A stretch of DNA of 64,000 nucleotides from Lama guanicoe (taxonomy: Eukaryota). A model generated the notes under the pieces. That model did no database searches. It saw nothing but the letters and a program-made list of their open reading frames with translations, and was not told where the DNA came from. A program made the position numbers and the translations under genes. Shown piece by piece: positions 1 to 12,168 of the stretch; the stretch's first letter is position 1; each line of letters opens with the position of its first letter. The DNA is taken from assembly GCA_013239625.1 (NCBI GenBank), contig MU054925.1, positions 18,409,496-18,473,495 of the forward strand, given 5' to 3'.

Positions 1-2080
1 TTAGAGACAGCAAGGAACTTCTAAAGATAACAAAGGATTGATTAATAAATTTATGAGAATGAATTAATAACATTGATGAGATGGAAAAGTTCCTTGAAAG
101 ACACAAACTACCAAAGTTTACTCAAGAAGCAGATAATAACCTGAGCAGCCATATATCTATAAAAGAAATGGATTATATAGTTAAACGCCTTCCCGCAAAG
201 AAACCTCAAGGCTTAAATGGCTTCACTGGTGAATTCTACCAAACACTTAAGGAAAGAATAATACCAATTACACAAATTCTTCTACACAACTACACAAAAA
301 TACTAAAAAAGAGAGAATATTTTTCAACTCATTCTATTAGGCCAGCCTCACTCTGAAACAAAACCAGCACAAGAAAACTAGTGATCAACAACTTTCATGA
401 ATATAGATACAAAAATCCCAAACAAAATTTTAGCACGTAGAATATAAGAATATACAAAAAAAAAAGGATGATTCATCATGACCAACTGGGGTTTCTCTCA
501 GGAATGCAGGTTGGTTTAACATTTGAAAGTCAATTAATATAATTTATCATTAACAAACTAAAATAGCAAACCAACTCAATAGAGACAGAAAAAGCATTTG
601 CCAAAATCCAACATTCATCCCTGATTAAAAAAAAAAACTCTCAGCAAAGTAGGGATGGAAGGGAACTTCTTCATCTACAGGCATCTCCAAAAACCTACAG
701 CTAATATCATTAATGAAACACTGAGTGCTTCCCCTTTAATATAAAGGGAGAGACTAACGAGGTCCACTCTCATCACTTTTATTTAACATTCTACTGAGGT
801 TCTAGCCTCAGTGCAATAAAGCAAGAAAAAGAAACAACAAGCATCCAGATTGGTAGAGAAAAAGTAAAACTGTCCTTAAACACAGACAATACAATCATCT
901 ATGTAAAAAACCTGACGGAATTTACCCCCAAAAGCTACTAGAACTAATAAATGAGTTTGGCAAAATCTCAGGATACAAGATCAATACAAATATCAATTAT
1001 CTATTTATACACGAGCATTGAACAATTATAAACGGAAAATTTTTTAAATGTCATTCATAATAATATAAAAATATGAAATACTTACGGGTAAATCTGATGA
1101 AAGATGTACAAGAACTGTACACCGGTAACTACAATAGACTGATGAAAGAAATTAAAGATCTAAGTAAATGGAGAGATATACCTTGTTCATATGTAGGAAA
1201 ATGAAGTATTGTTAAGATTTCACTTCTCCCCAAATCGATCTATACACAATTCCAATTAAAAATCATAATAGGCTTTTTTGTAGAATCTGACAAGCTGATT
1301 CTAAGATCTGTATGTAAATCCTAATGATTGAGAACACTCAAAACATTCTGAAAAAGAAGAACAAATGTGGAGAAGTAACATTCCCAGATTTTAAAAGCTT
1401 ATTAAAACGCCACGATAATGAATGCAGTGTGGTATGGGTGTCAAGACAGATACAGATAAACTGACCAGAACAAAGTCCAGAAATAGACACACATATATAT
1501 GAACAACTGATTGTTGACAAAAAATGCAAAGGCAATTAAATGAACAATAACACTTTTTCAACAAAGTGCTGGAACAGCTGGATATTTATATGCAAAAAAA
1601 AAAAGAAGTTCAATCTATACCTCCCATACCTCATATCATTTTCAAGAATTAGCTTAATATAGAGCTTAAAACTAAACAGAAAACTTGAAAATATATAACT
1701 TCTACAAGAAAACATAGAAGAAAATCATTGTGACCCTAGTTTAGGAAAGGACTTCTTAGATAATGACACCAAAATCAGATTCATAAAATAATCCAAATTG
1801 ACAAACTGGATTTGGTGAAAATTAAAATCTTGAGCTTGTCAAAGTACACTATTAAAAGAATAAAAATACAAGCCACAGACCAAGAGAAAATATTCGTGAA
1901 TCATATACCTGAAAAAAGAATTTGACTCTAGAATGTATTTTTATAGATTACAAAATTCAGTAATAAAAAATAAATGATGCAATAAAAAAGGGCAAAAGTT
2001 GAACAGATTTATCAGCATTGAATATAAAGATAAATGGGGGGCAGATAAGCACATGAGAAGATGCTCAACATCATTAGTCA
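1..2080 (+). mobile_element. Old LINE-1 (L1M-type) ORF2 remnant covering the RT and C-terminal regions; frameshifted
   Basis: ORF 81-356 (MEKFLERHKLPKFTQE...GFTGEFYQTLKE) is recognisable L1 ORF2p. Downstream A-rich L1 motifs include gaaaaagcatttgccaaaatccaacat, caggatacaagatcaatacaaa and gatgctcaacatcattagtcatt. Many stops and frameshifts. Confidence 0.92.
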
Positions 2081-4038
2081 TTATTTGCAACCTAGGGGAA
2101 TTCTATTCCCAGCCAAACTATCAATCAAGTATGAAAGTAAAAGCAGTGTATTTTCAAATACATAAAATCTTACTGATATATACACAGCACCTAAAAAGAA
2201 ATGAAAGAACAAAGAAAGAGAAAGAAATAACATGGAAGAGAAAGATGTGGACTCCAGGAAACAAGACATCTGATTTAGGAAGGGCTGGCACGATGTTGAA
2301 GGGAAGTGCCAGGGCAACAGCTATGCAGATTCTTCAACAAACTAAAAAGGATGAAGGTCCTGAAGAGATGTCTCCAAGGACAAAAATATAACAACCAGGT
2401 TGGATGATGATTTTGGCTGGACTGAGTGAAACTGTAGGCACATATCACTTTAAAAGGGGGGAAAGAAATCCCACAATCATTAGCTCTAAGGAAAACAAAA
2501 GAGTTACACAATTTACAAAATGCACGTATAATATAGGATTCAGCTGTGAATTCTCCTGCGCAGTGCAAAACTTTACAATCCCACACCTCACTGATGCCAA
2601 GCAGACTCGAAACGACTTTTATTCATTAAACGAGTTCCACTCCTGTTAGAAAGTGGTGGAAGGGTGGCAGCAGGGGGCTTCTGAGAAATGTAGCTACTTA
2701 ATCAAAATGTCTGTGACACTGGAATCAGACCTTCTTAAAGTCATATGGAAGTTTAAGGAGAAATGTGCCAAAGACATGCCTTTTATGTGACTTGTTTCAC
2801 CATCAAAATCTGTCTGCCATGCCTCTAAGGTAAGACCACATTTTATTTTTGCAGATACTGTCCCAAACAAGGGTAATAATTGAGGCCAGCTAAAGATTTT
2901 CTATCTAAATCAAAGCCCAGCGCAAAGCTTGGGGGCGGCGAGAAGAGGAAGAAGTCATACCTGTGTGGATGCTTACCTGTATAGAGGGTAGGTATTTAAA
3001 AGAGTTAAACTTTCATTTTTCAGTATGAGAAAGTTATTGGAAAACTGATAAAACAGAAAATGAAGTAATAGTAGGTACATTCCTAAAGGTGTGTCTTGTA
3101 GGCTTCAGCTCCGTAGCTCAGAGCATTTTATAAAGATGTATCTCCAAAATCTGTATCTTAGAAATTACAGCCTCTGTAATTCTCTAGAATGGAAAATAAC
3201 AATAATCAACTCACTGTTTGACTTCTGAGGAAACAGAAGAGGAAGGAGGTGGGGAGAGGCTTACAGAAGCAGCATCTTCCATACGTACTATTTATACTAT
3301 GATTCCACACACAGGAAAAGAACATTAAAGGAACCGGTTTGATCCTATCATCCTTGGCACTCTGGTAGCACCCCTGTCCTGCTGGTTACATTCAATCCTT
3401 CAAAAGCAAAATTTAGGATCACAGCATAACTTAACCACTAGAGGGAGTTTAAACAGCTATTAAATACAGTGGAAAAGAGGGGCCACCCAAAAAAAGGCTT
3501 TTTCCTCACTAGAAGACATGGCTGTACCTCTTTGAACAGAACAGATTGGAGAAAAATAAAAAATGAGATTTTTAAGTGGTGACAAGGGTAGAATTTTGTT
3601 TCTTCTGAACGTTGGAAGTGCTCATTTTCAAGCGTTTAAAATACTACCCACAGCATAACCGTTTTTCTCATCTCTCTACCAGGCAATACAACCTCCTCCT
3701 TGGTATTTATCACGGGTAGGTTTCCCCTCAATTATACGTTAGTCAACACAGCCCTATATGTGTATCTATACCACACTATTAGGAATTCAGGCTTTCACGC
3801 CAGACAGACCAGATTTTAACCTTGCTTTGCCACCTTGTGATATGTGACCACAGACTATGTAATTAGCTGCTCTAATTAACATGAGACTCAAAGTGCCTCA
3901 TCTATAAAATGGGCGTACAGGATTCTGTAGAAGTAAATTAGTTAATGTATGGAAAACACCTTGGTACACTACCAGATCCAAAAAAAAAAAAACAAACCTT
4001 TTCCAATGGGTATATAGCTTCTGCATTATAAAGCTGCT
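1885..4038 (+). repeat. Tandem duplication, copy 1 (~2154 bp)
   Basis: Begins agaaaatattcgtgaatcatat and ends cattataaagctgct; repeated immediately at 4039-6181. Confidence 0.97.
3770..3970 (+). mobile_element. MIR SINE relic (duplicated at ~5920-6120)
   Basis: MIR core-like cctcatctataaaatggg and ttaatgtatggaaaacaccttggtaca. Confidence 0.6.
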
Positions 4039-6181
4039 AGAAAATATTTGTGAATCATATATCTGAAAAAAGAATTTGACTCTAGAATGTATTTTTATAG
4101 ATTACAAAATTCAGTAATAAAAAATAAATGATGCAATAAAAAAGGGCAAAAGTTGAACAGATTTATCAGCATTGAAGATAAATGGGGGGCAGATAAGCAC
4201 ATGAGAAGATGCTCAACATCATTAGTCATTATTTGCAACCTAGGGGAATTCTATTCCCAGCCAAACTATCAATCAAGTATGAAAGTAAAAGCAGTGTATT
4301 TTCAAATACATAAAATCTTACTGATATATACACAGCACCTAAAAAGAAATGAAAGAACAAAGAAAGAGAAAGAAATAACATGGAAGAGAAAGATGTGGAC
4401 TCCAGGAAACAAGACATCTGATTTAGGAAGGGCTGGCACGATGTTGAAGGGAAGTGCCAGGGCAACAGCTATGCAGATTCTTCAACAAACTAAAAAGGAT
4501 GAAGGTCCTGAAGAGATGTCTCCAAGGACAAAAATATAACAACCAGGTTGGATGATGATTTTGGCTGGACTGAGTGAAACTGTAGGCACATATCACTTTA
4601 AAAGGGGGGAAAGAAATCCCACAATCATTAGCTCTAAGGAAAACAAAAGAGTTACACAATTTACAAAATGCACGTATAATATAGGATTCAGCTGTGAATT
4701 CTCCTGTGCAGTGCAAAACTTTACAATCCCATACCTCACTGATGCCAAGCAGACTCGAAACGACTTTCATTCATTAAACGAGTTCCACTCCTGTTAGAAA
4801 GTGGTGGAAGGGTGGCAGCAGGGGGCTTCTGAGAAATGTAGCTACTTAATCAAAATGTCTGTGACACTGGAATCAGACCTTCTTAAAGTCATATGGAAGT
4901 TTAAGGAGAAATGTGCCAAAGACATGCCTTTTATGTGACTTGTTTCACCATCAAAATCTGTCTGCCATGCCTCTAAGGTAAGACCACATTTTATTTTTGC
5001 AGATACTGTCCCAAACAAGGGTAATAATTGAGGCCAGCTAAAGATTTTCTATCTAAATCAAAGCCCAGCGCAAAGCTTGGGGGCGGCGAGAAGAGGAAGA
5101 AGTCATACCTGTGTGGATGCTTACCTGTATAGAGGGTAGGTATTTAAAAGAGTTAAACTTTCATTTTTCAGTATGAGAAAGTTATTGGAAAACTGATAAA
5201 ACAGAAAATGAAGTAATAGTAGGTACATTCCTAAAGGTGTGTCTTGTAGGCTTCAGCTCCGTAGCTCAGAGCATTTTATAAAGATGTATCTCCAAAATCT
5301 GTATCTTAGAAATTACAGCCTCTGTAATTCTCTAGAATGGAAAATAACAATAATCAACTCACTGTTTGACTTCTGAGGAAACAGAAGAGGAAGGAGGTGG
5401 GGAGAGGCTTACAGAAGCAGCATCTTCCATACGTACTATTTATACTATGATTCCACACACAGGAAAAGAACATTAAAGGAACCGGTTTGATCCTATCATC
5501 CTTGGCACTCTGGTAGCACCCCTGTCCTGCTGGTTACATTCAATCCTTCAAAAGCAAAATTTAGGATCACAGCATAACTTAACCACTAGAGGGAGTTTAA
5601 ACAGCTATTAAATACAGTGGAAAAGAGGGGCCACCCAAAAAAAGGCTTTTTCCTCACTAGAAGACATGGCTGTACCTTTTTGAACAGAACAGATTAGAGA
5701 AAAATAAAAAATGAGATTTTTAAGTGGTGACAAGAGTAGAATTTTGTTTCTTCTGAACGTTGGAAGTGCTCATTTTCAAGCGTTTAAAATACTACCCACA
5801 GCATAACCGTTTTTCTCATCTCTCTACCAGGCAATACAACCTCCTCCTTGGTATTTATCACGGGTAGGTTTCCCCTCAATTATACGTTAGTCAACACAGC
5901 CCTATATGTGTATCTATACCACACTATTAGGAATTCAGGCTTTCACGCCAGACAGACCAGATTTTAACCTTGCTTTGCCACCTTGTGATATGTGACCACA
6001 GACTATGTAATTAGCTGCTCTAATTAAAATGAGACTCAAAGTGCCTCATCTATAAAATGGGCGTACAGGATTTTGTAGAAGTAAATTAGTTAATGTATGC
6101 AAAACACCTTGGTACACTACCAGATCCAAAAAAAACCAAACCTTTTCCAAGGGTATATAGCTTCTGCATTATAAAGCTGCT
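4039..6181 (+). repeat. Tandem duplication, copy 2 (~2143 bp)
   Basis: About 99% identical to 1885-4038 (about 11 substitutions and 3 small indels by eye). The ORF track shows the duplicated ORFs 1999/4153, 2081/4229 and 2404/4552. Confidence 0.97.
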
Positions 6182-6479
6182 GACAATAAGAATTTCTTTA
6201 TCTCTCCTCCCAAGTTCATCTCAGCATCAAAGCATGCAAATGCTGAAGCAAACCAAAGACGCAACCCTTGTACATGTGACCAGGAGGCAAGACATACTGA
6301 TTTCTGTGGCCAACCCCAGGGAAGGGCCCAAGAATTCACACCTGAGAGGCCCACATTCAGTCAAAAAGCAAGAATGAGGAGTCCATGTCACTTGCCAGGC
6401 CCCTAGCCACCTTTCAATAAGGATACTTCCATGGTTACAGAGATGACTTGACTTTACTATGAAATGTTTTCTTTTCGCA

Positions 6480-6860
6480 GTTATGTATCATCTTAGAACA
6501 TTCAGAGTTGTGCAACCGTCACTGCTACCTAATTTAGACCATTTTCATCACCACCAAAACAGGCACCCCAATGCCCACTAGCAGTCACTCTCCCACCCTC
6601 TCTACCCCAAGTCCCTGGCTACTAATCTGCTTTCTCTCTCCATGGATGTGCCTACTCTGGCCGCATTATATAAATGGACAAGTGGATTGCTTCCCCTCCT
6701 TGGCTGTTTTGAAAAATGCTGCTATGAACATGTGTGTACAAATTTTGCATGGACATGGTTTCATTTTTCTTGGGTGTGTATACCTAGGAGTGGAAATGCT
6801 GCATTATTAGTAACATAATTGAACTTCCTAAGGACCTGCCAAACTATTTTCCAATCACAT
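6480..6860 (-). mobile_element. Old L1 3' end fragment (L1MB/L1ME-like)
   Basis: Antisense L1 3' motifs: ttttcatcaccaccaaaa, ctactaatctgctttctctctccatggat, gctgctatgaacat, tacctaggagtggaaatgctg. Confidence 0.75.
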
Positions 6861-8073
6861 CGTCCAGAAGAACAAGAAAAAACTGGTCGACCCCTAGGCC
6901 AGAGGAGACAGGGAGTCCTCAGAGAAGAAGGCAGAAGGGAGGAGAGAAGAGGGTTCTGAGAGACCGGGGAGCTGCACCCGGTTTCCCAGACATACTGCTG
7001 AGAGGCATGGCTGTGGGTGCATGTAAAGGACATGCATTCTCAGCCCGGATGCTCACACCCCAAGTCTGGCATGAGGCAGCGAAGAATCCCCAACACAACG
7101 GCTTATAAGGACAGAAACAACACGGTAACAACTGGCCCACATCAGACGGGACACCCCCATACCCATGCACACACTATCCCGAACGACCGTGTGCTGTGCG
7201 GTCTGGGCGCTGGCCTGGAACTACGGAACATCCTGAGGAAGCAAGAGTCTATGATGAAACCCAAGAGGCACCAAGGTTACACCTTCTTCTCCACCAGAGA
7301 GGCAAAATGGCAACTCAGCCAGAAAGGAAGTTTCTAGAAAGCAATTCTATTTCCAGCCCCTTTGATTTTAAGGACTGACACTCACACCTGCCACAGAATT
7401 ACTGAGAACCCACTACGTACAGGGTGTCCTCCTAGGCCAGGCTGAAGTGGAGAATATAAAAGTCAGTTGGGCCACACGAGCCAGGGCATTTACAGTCAGG
7501 TAAGAGCAAACACGAGTAACTCTAGTCGTTCTTTATGACACACTGCCTGTGAGCACACCTTGTGTTACACTCTTCGCAAATGGATCGAATTTAATGGAAT
7601 CTTCCTCACAAAAGGACTGTGAGGCTTAGAAGTTCAGAGAAGGCAAAGGCTTGGCTAAGAATACGTGCTAGTAATTGGTGCAAACTCCAGTACATTTTCA
7701 TTCCTGAAGCTCGGACCCCCTCCCATGGAGAGGCCAGTGTGAGCGCTCTCCTTTGATGACTCAACATGCATGGGACATAGACCTTGGCTCATGATTTCTA
7801 AGAGGTGGGATGAGACTAAGTCAAACCAACCTTCTCTAGCTTGATGTGCAATGCACCCAATGCCAGATGGCTAGTCGGAAGCCTGAGGCTGGCTGCACGG
7901 GAGACATCAGCCAAGTGGGCTCCCGTGATCATGGGAACCGTGGCCTTGACTGAACCTCTCAAGGTCTGTCAATCAGTCTTCCAAACAGCAGATTTCCATT
8001 CTCATTCACATCATCTATGTGTGCAGCAAAGAAGTTACATAGCTAATTTTGGGGAGAAATTTCCAACTTTTCT

Positions 8074-8120
8074 ATTTACGTGCAAAAGGAAGAATTCATT
8101 TACGTGCAAAAGGAAGAATT
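8074..8120 (+). repeat. Direct repeat with 24-bp period (2 x atttacgtgcaaaaggaagaatt)
   Basis: Two perfect 23-bp copies at 8074-8096 and 8098-8120. Confidence 0.95.
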
Positions 8121-8959
8121 TGGTTATAAGCAAAAGGGAAATTTTTCTTGTAGGGGAAAATCCCACAGAGCTGCTTTGCTTTGAGATACTGGCACTCAAC
8201 CCAGTGCCTCAGAAACTATTTTAAATTCTTGTGTGGAGCTTCCTAGAAACAATAAAAGGAAAATAAAGTTGATTCTGGCAATGAAATGTTCATAGTTCTT
8301 CCTGAAGTATTAATCTTCTGAACAAAATGGTGACAGTGAGTGAAGCAGGCCTATCAATGCTGTGAGAGGCATGATTTATGTATTTCGTATTGCTGCTTCT
8401 GTTGTGTGATTCTGGGCAGATGACTAAACCAAATCTCAAATCCCAAAGAGAAGTATATTGAGCTGTAGAGAGAAGTTAAAAAAAAAACAACCAAAAAACA
8501 CAGAGAAAGCTAAGTTATAAGGAACTAATATCTCCTCTTTGGGGTCTTTATCTGAAGAATCAATCTCTCTTCATTCAAGATTATACAGCCATTTAACTTT
8601 CATTTTCTCATATACAAACTGAACTTCAGAGGTGAGGACCCTGGGAAATCATCTGGTCCAATTTCTCATTCTGAAAATGGGAACATTTGAGATTCCAAGA
8701 GGTAAAGTGACTTGTGTGAAGTCATCTGTTCATTAGAACAAATAATATTAAGATTTCAACCAAGTGGGAAGGGCACTGACCTAGGAGTGAGATGACCTGG
8801 AGTCCACTGCCCACTCAGCCATGTATGAGTTTATAAAATGAAAGCGTTGGATTACATGGTTTTAAAAATCTCTCCCCTCTTTGAAAGGGCTATCCTTCTG
8901 TGAACGTGAGCTTTCATTTCTTTTTAGAAACTTAATAACTTTCTTTGCAGTTACTATGA

Positions 8960-9200
8960 AGAGGCAACACGTGTAAGTGGTTATGTGAGTGGGCTCCAGA
9001 ATCAGACATTCTCCCTTGCGAGCGCACCTTTCACACCTACTTATGGTGAAGGCCAGAGCAAATTACTTGACCACACCGCCTCATCTGCAAAATGGAGATG
9101 GTAACCACACCCACCACAAGTGGCTCTCAGAGTGATTAAATGAGGTAACATGTCAAGTATTCTGCACAGGGCATGGCACACAGCAAGTGCTCGGTATACG
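8960..9200 (+). mobile_element. MIR SINE
   Basis: cctcatctgcaaaatggagatggtaa...gattaaatgaggtaacatgt...gcacagggcatggcacacagcaagtgctc. Confidence 0.75.
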
Positions 9201-9379
9201 CAGGCTGCCTGCCATTCATGTTATCATAAAGGAACTACAGCTGGTGTCTTTGTGTGCATTGAAAGATGGCATCCTTTCCTCTGGGCAGATGCAGCCCAAA
9301 TGCTAAGGTCCACATCAAGGCAGGATCTCATTCTCCATGGCTATGTGCTTGGCTCTAAAAAATTAAGGAAAGAAACCAT

Positions 9380-9705
9380 TTCCCAATATCCTTTGCTGAC
9401 AGTGGTAGCCAATGACATATGTTTGTTATAATGTCAGCCTTCTAGAAAACTCTTCAGAGGCAGCCTACTTAGAGGGCAGCAACATTGTTCTTTTCTTTTT
9501 CTTCTTTTTGCCTGGAATGCAGAAAGAATGGCTGGGCTGTCAGCAGCCTCCTGATCATGAGAGGAGGGCTAAATGACTTTCAGAGACTCAGTCCTTCAAT
9601 CAATAATTCAATGCCAAAACCACTGACCCCCAGACTGCTTATTTCATGGAGAAAATAAACTGATGTCCATTTTTTAAGCTACTGTTATCAAAATGCAATT
9701 CCTAA
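9380..9705. mobile_element. MaLR (MLT1-like) LTR relic
   Basis: gcctggaatgcag...atggctgggctgtcagcagcc...catgag...aaaataaac...ttttttaagctactg...cctaac, typical of old MLT1 LTRs. A similar relic lies at ~17150-17400. Confidence 0.55.
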
Positions 9706-9849
9706 CCCAAAAAAACTTCCAAAATCTTTTCTGTCAACAAATATATGTAGACCTGCCTGGTCAGTCACTTGTCCCTGGCCACGTAGCAGTCCTAAGTCAG
9801 GCCCTCGTTGGCCCTCACTTAGAGTTTAACAAAATGTAAAAACTGCCCT

Positions 9850-10000
9850 GAAGGTTCTTGCTACTGCATGTGTGGTCTGCAGACCAGAGGAACTAGTGTC
9901 ATCGAGGAGCATTTTAGAAAGGCAGCGTCTTCAGCCTCTTCCAAACTACTGAATCAGGACTCCAGTGATTTCTGTGCATAGTGTAGACTAAGGCTCTGGA
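9850..10000. mobile_element. MER5-like hAT-Charlie DNA transposon relic
   Basis: gtgtggtctgcagaccag...ttagaaaggcag...actactgaatcag. Confidence 0.6.
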
Positions 10001-11657
10001 CTAGACTTCCAGACTCTATCATTCTTCTTAAACACTACTGCCAAAATACTCTTCCTGAAACACATTAGTAGTTTTTTTAATCATGTCACTTTCCTCCAAA
10101 ACCTTCAAGGGCTCCTTACTGCCTATAGACTAAAATCCAGACTCCTTAGCCTGACAAGGCATTCTGTGATCTTGAGTTCTCCTGGAAATGTCCATCAAAG
10201 TGCCTGCGATGCACATATTAGTCAGACAATAAATAATATTCTATATAAGTCTAAGCAAAACAGTGAGTGTACCTGAGAAAGAATATATTCCTTAATTCTG
10301 GCTTTTCCAAGCCAGGCATTGGGGATATGGTGGGACAAAAAACCAGATATGGTCCCTTGCCTTCATGGAGCTTAGAGATAGTTGAAAGGACAGCATCTTA
10401 AACAGAAATAAAGTAAAATAAATATATTCACTGATAGATTTTAACTGCTAAGAAGGAAACGAATGGACAGTGATACAGAGTAAGCTAGACTGATCAGAGT
10501 AATGGCCCAGAGGGTATGGAGCCTGCAGAGGGGCTGGTCCAGGCACAGGAAACAGCCCGTTCAAAGCCCAGAGAGAATCTGGTGTGCCTCAGGATCAGAA
10601 CAGGGGCCGCCCTTTCAGGCTGACTTAGAAAACTGACAGCCTAGGAGGAAGCCTGCATGGGATTCACCTTCCAAAGTACCAAAGAGATAATGCTGAATTT
10701 CTTTTCCCTAACAGGTATCTTCACTGGGACCACGAATGAAGCAGAGAGCAGGGTATGCTTCAGAGTCGCTGTGCGTCCAGCCCTGGAAATCACACCTAGT
10801 GAAATTGGAATCTCAGCTCTACCACTTATTGGCTCTCAACTCCCTTGACCTCCAAGCCTCTGGTCCCTCAGATATAAAGTGGGTTTAAGATAGGACCAAC
10901 TTTGTCGTTACTGTGAACGTTGAGGGAGATAATGCTGGTAAAGCTCCCCAGAACACTGCCACCCACATCGGCGCTGACCTGAATACTGGAGATCACAAGA
11001 TTGTGATGATGATGATGATGATTGTTGTTATTAGCTTCTGGGCAGAGGCTCGTCTCAGATTCTCCTGTCCCCCCCACCCTCCGAGGCCTCCCGACCTGCC
11101 ATCCCAGGCCACCTCCTCCCGCGCACGGCCACCATGATGACCCCAGGGCGGGCGCCAGGCGCCGCCGCCGGACCCCTGTTACCTGGGGCCAAACGCGACC
11201 TGTCGCCACCTCGCGTCCTGGGCCCTGCCTCCCTCCCGGCCGCCTGCTGGCCCCGCAGCTGCGGCGGCGGCGGCTCCCCCAGCCCAGCCCGGCCCGGGCG
11301 GCGCGGGAGGCCGCGGCGGGGCTGGCGGCGGCAGCGGCGGCGGGGGGCAGAGCCCAGAGGCGCGGCGGCGGCGGCGGCAGCGGAGGAAGAGGAGACGGAG
11401 GAGGATGCACCGGGCTGCGGGCGGCCCGGCCCGCAGTGCCTGAGGCGCAGGGAGTGGCCGTCGCCTCCTGCGCGCACCATTCCTGAGATGGCGGCGCGGC
11501 GGCTGCTCGGGGAGCCGAGGAGGGGTCAGCCGGGAGCAGGCTGAGCCCCGCCGGCCCGGGGGGCTCGCCGGGGACCCGCGCGCTCGGGGGAGCTGTGGCC
11601 CGCTGGCCGGCAGGCCTGCGGAGCGGTGAGGCCGGGGCGGCCCCGGAGCGGAGCGTG

Positions 11658-12168
11658 NNNNNNNNNNNNNNNNNNNNNNNNNNNNNNNNNNNNNNNNNNN
11701 NNNNNNNNNNNNNNNNNNNNNNNNNNNNNNNNNNNNNNNNNNNNNNNNNNNNNNNNNNNNNNNNNNNNNNNNNNNNNNNNNNNNNNNNNNNNTGCTNNNN
11801 NNNNNNNNNNNNNNNNNNNNNNNNNNNNNNNNNNNNNNNNNNNNNNNNNNNNNNNNNNNNNNNNNNNNNNNNNNNNNNNNNNNNNNNNNNNNNNNNNNNN
11901 NNNNNNNNNNNNNNNNNNNNNNNNNNNNNNNNNNNNNNNNNNNNNNNNNNNNNNNNNNNNNNNNNNNNNNNNNNNNNNNNNNNNNNNNNNNNNNNNNNNN
12001 NNNNNNNNNNNNNNNNNNNNNNNNNNNNNNNNNNNNNNNNNNNNNNNNNNNNNNNNNNNNNNNNNNNNNNNNNNNNNNNNNNNNNNNNNNNNNNNNNNNN
12101 NNNNNNNNNNNNNNNNNNNNNNNNNNNNNNNNNNNNNNNNNNNNNNNNNNNNNNNNNNNNNNNNNNNN
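11658..12168. other. Assembly gap (N) over the GPR27 N-terminal half, with a 4-bp island at 11793-11796
   Basis: Run of N in extremely GC-rich DNA. Confidence 0.99.

Noticed and set aside
1999-4797. Duplicated ORFs of 78-130 aa (1999-2391 / 4153-4539 and others) as a duplicated gene
   Set aside because: They overlap degraded L1 sequence, show no recognisable domain, and recur only because of the DNA duplication.
1-11000. EIF4E3 coding exons
   Set aside because: I could find no segment resembling EIF4E3 protein (e.g. PLHSSWTFWLDR). By synteny its coding exons lie to the left of this window.
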